From assembly GCA_037147375.1 (NCBI GenBank), contig JBAWVI010000059.1, positions 1 to 6,099 of the forward strand: a DNA stretch of 6,099 nt. Direction: 5' to 3'. The notes under the pieces were generated by a model. The model was not told where the DNA came from. It worked only from the letters and a program-made list of their open reading frames with translations, and did not search any database. Positions 4,949 to 6,099 of the stretch are shown piece after piece; positions within the stretch are counted from its first letter, which is position 1, and each line of letters opens with the position of its first letter. Source of the stretch: an archaeon. Lineage in GTDB: Archaea; Iainarchaeota; Iainarchaeia; Iainarchaeales; CSSED10-239. The translations under genes were made by a program, and so were the position numbers.

Positions 4949-6099
4949 ATGCTAACACAAATTAAAAAAATTACTAAAATAAAAAAAAGAACTGGAGAAA
5001 CAGTTGATTTTAACAAAGATAAGATTAAGCTTGCAATTTCAAAAGCTATGCTTGCAACTGATTCACATAATGAATTAGTTTTAGAGTCTTTAGTTGATAA
5101 AGTTGTGTTAGTACTTGAATCTAAATTCATAAATAAAGTACCATCAGTTGAAGATGTACAAGATATTATTGAGTATGTTTTAATTGCAAGCGAACTTTCA
5201 TCAATTGCAAAAGCATATATCTTATATCGTGAAGAAAGAAGAAAAACAAGAGATAGTCAAGAAAAGATTGATGATTCTGAATTTGTTAAAACACTTAGAG
5301 AAAAGGGTGTTGACTTAAGTAAACAAGCTGTTAATGTTTTAAATAATTCAACTCAATTTATAGATCTTGGATTAATTATCTTTTTAGATAGATATTCTCT
5401 AAAAACAAAAAGAGAGGATATTAAAGAAGGAGATCTAATTATTTGTATAACTAAAGATGATGTGAAATATCCTAAAAAGGATATTGGTATTGTTAAGAAA
5501 ATAATTGATCGCAATCTTGTTTTACACATGATTACTGGACTTTATGCTGATGAACAAAATAAGTTTGAATTTACACAAGAAGCAAGTAAATGTGAAAAAC
5601 CATCAGAAGCAGTAAATGATACATATAGAAGAGTTGCTAAAGCTGTTGCTTCTGTTGAAAAAGATGATGTAAATAAATCAAAATGGTTTGATGAGTTTTA
5701 TAATAATTTAAAATATGGACATATATCGCCAGGTGGAAGAATACTTACTGGTGCAAGTGTTGATGAACTAGGATACACATCAAATCTAACCTTATATAAT
5801 TGTTTTGTTATTCCTTCTCCAAAGGATTCTAGAAGATCAATCATACAAGATGCAGCATACAATATGGTTGAAATATTTTCAAGAGGTGGAGGAGTTGGTA
5901 TGTCTTTATCAACTTTAAGACCAGCGTATGCTTATGTTATGGGTGTACATGGAAGATCTTCTGGTTCTGTTTCTTGGGGTGGCTTATATTCATTTATTAC
6001 TTCTTTAATTGAACAAGGTGGTTCAAGAAGAGGTGCATTAATGTTAATGCTTGATGATTGGCATCCAGATATTTATAATTTTATTGATTCAAAAACAAA
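4949..6099 (+). CDS. nrdJ: class II adenosylcobalamin-dependent ribonucleotide reductase with N-terminal ATP-cone (5' part; continues beyond the window)
   Basis: I translated this by hand and the frame is open from ATG 4949 to the window end (383 codons). AAGGA (4938-4942) lies 6 nt upstream. The ATP-cone reads KKRTGETVDFNKDKIKLAISKA ... VEDVQDIIEYVLI ... AKAYILYREERRK. The catalytic core motifs are FLDRYSLK, ISPGGRILTGA, LYNCFVIPSPKDS, SRGGGVGMSLSTLRPAYAYV and GSRRGALMLMLDDWHPDIYNFIDSK. The ORF is missing from the supplied track because it has no stop in the window. Confidence 0.95.
   Translation, partial: MLTQIKKITKIKKRTGETVDFNKDKIKLAISKAMLATDSHNELVLESLVDKVVLVLESKFINKVPSVEDVQDIIEYVLIASELSSIAKAYILYREERRKTRDSQEKIDDSEFVKTLREKGVDLSKQAVNVLNNSTQFIDLGLIIFLDRYSLKTKREDIKEGDLIICITKDDVKYPKKDIGIVKKIIDRNLVLHMITGLYADEQNKFEFTQEASKCEKPSEAVNDTYRRVAKAVASVEKDDVNKSKWFDEFYNNLKYGHISPGGRILTGASVDELGYTSNLTLYNCFVIPSPKDSRRSIIQDAAYNMVEIFSRGGGVGMSLSTLRPAYAYVMGVHGRSSGSVSWGGLYSFITSLIEQGGSRRGALMLMLDDWHPDIYNFIDSKT

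Noticed and set aside
4964-4988. A7 (4964-4970) and A8 (4981-4988) homopolymer runs in the first codons of nrdJ as slippage or phase-variation sites
   Set aside because: The runs encode Lys-rich IKKITKIKKR in a genome where AAA is the default Lys codon. Similar runs occur throughout the window, and an essential RNR is an unlikely phase-variable gene.
4921-5130. 69-aa minus-strand ORF from the supplied track
   Set aside because: It lies antisense to the 5' end (ATP-cone) of the clearly recognisable nrdJ reading frame, which was missing from the track only because it runs off the window. It has no motifs.
1-6099. CRISPR array, rRNA, IS element or long tandem repeat anywhere in the window
   Set aside because: By eye there are no regularly spaced direct repeats, no terminal inverted repeats bracketing a transposase-like ORF, and no rRNA-like G+C-rich structured stretch. 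The only repeats seen are the short ones reported above.

Overview
This is a very AT-rich prokaryotic window (roughly a quarter G+C by eye). The gene content fits a small-genome archaeon (DPANN-like) best, but a bacterial origin cannot be excluded without searches. Six minus-strand genes (24-4229) diverge from a plus-strand two-gene operon (4421-6099) across a 191-bp control region. On the minus strand, in transcription order, are: an HD-domain phosphohydrolase with SAMHD1/COG1078-type motifs; a Xer-type tyrosine recombinase (XerA-like) packed directly behind it; a 166-aa Lys-rich coiled-coil protein 18 nt further on; a second, 185-aa Lys-rich coiled-coil protein; a stand-alone PRC-barrel protein; and a ~200-aa orphan. 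On the plus strand are a CobA/CobO/BtuR-type ATP:corrinoid adenosyltransferase and, 24 nt later, a class II (adenosylcobalamin-dependent) ribonucleotide reductase with an N-terminal ATP-cone. That ORF is absent from the supplied ORF track because it runs off the window end. I found no rRNA, tRNA, CRISPR array, transposase or long repeat. Three things deserve a second look. (1) The HD / XerA / coiled-coil operon sits next to a second coiled-coil gene and a PRC-barrel gene, which may be a chromosome-resolution or cell-division neighbourhood. (2) A perfect 10-bp inverted repeat with a G+C-containing spacer lies just upstream of that operon; it could be a dif-like site or a palindromic divergent promoter/operator. 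(3) A dNTP-hydrolysing enzyme and a dNTP-synthesising enzyme with its cofactor-activating enzyme are arranged back to back. All family calls come from motif recognition by eye, and none is confirmed by a database search.
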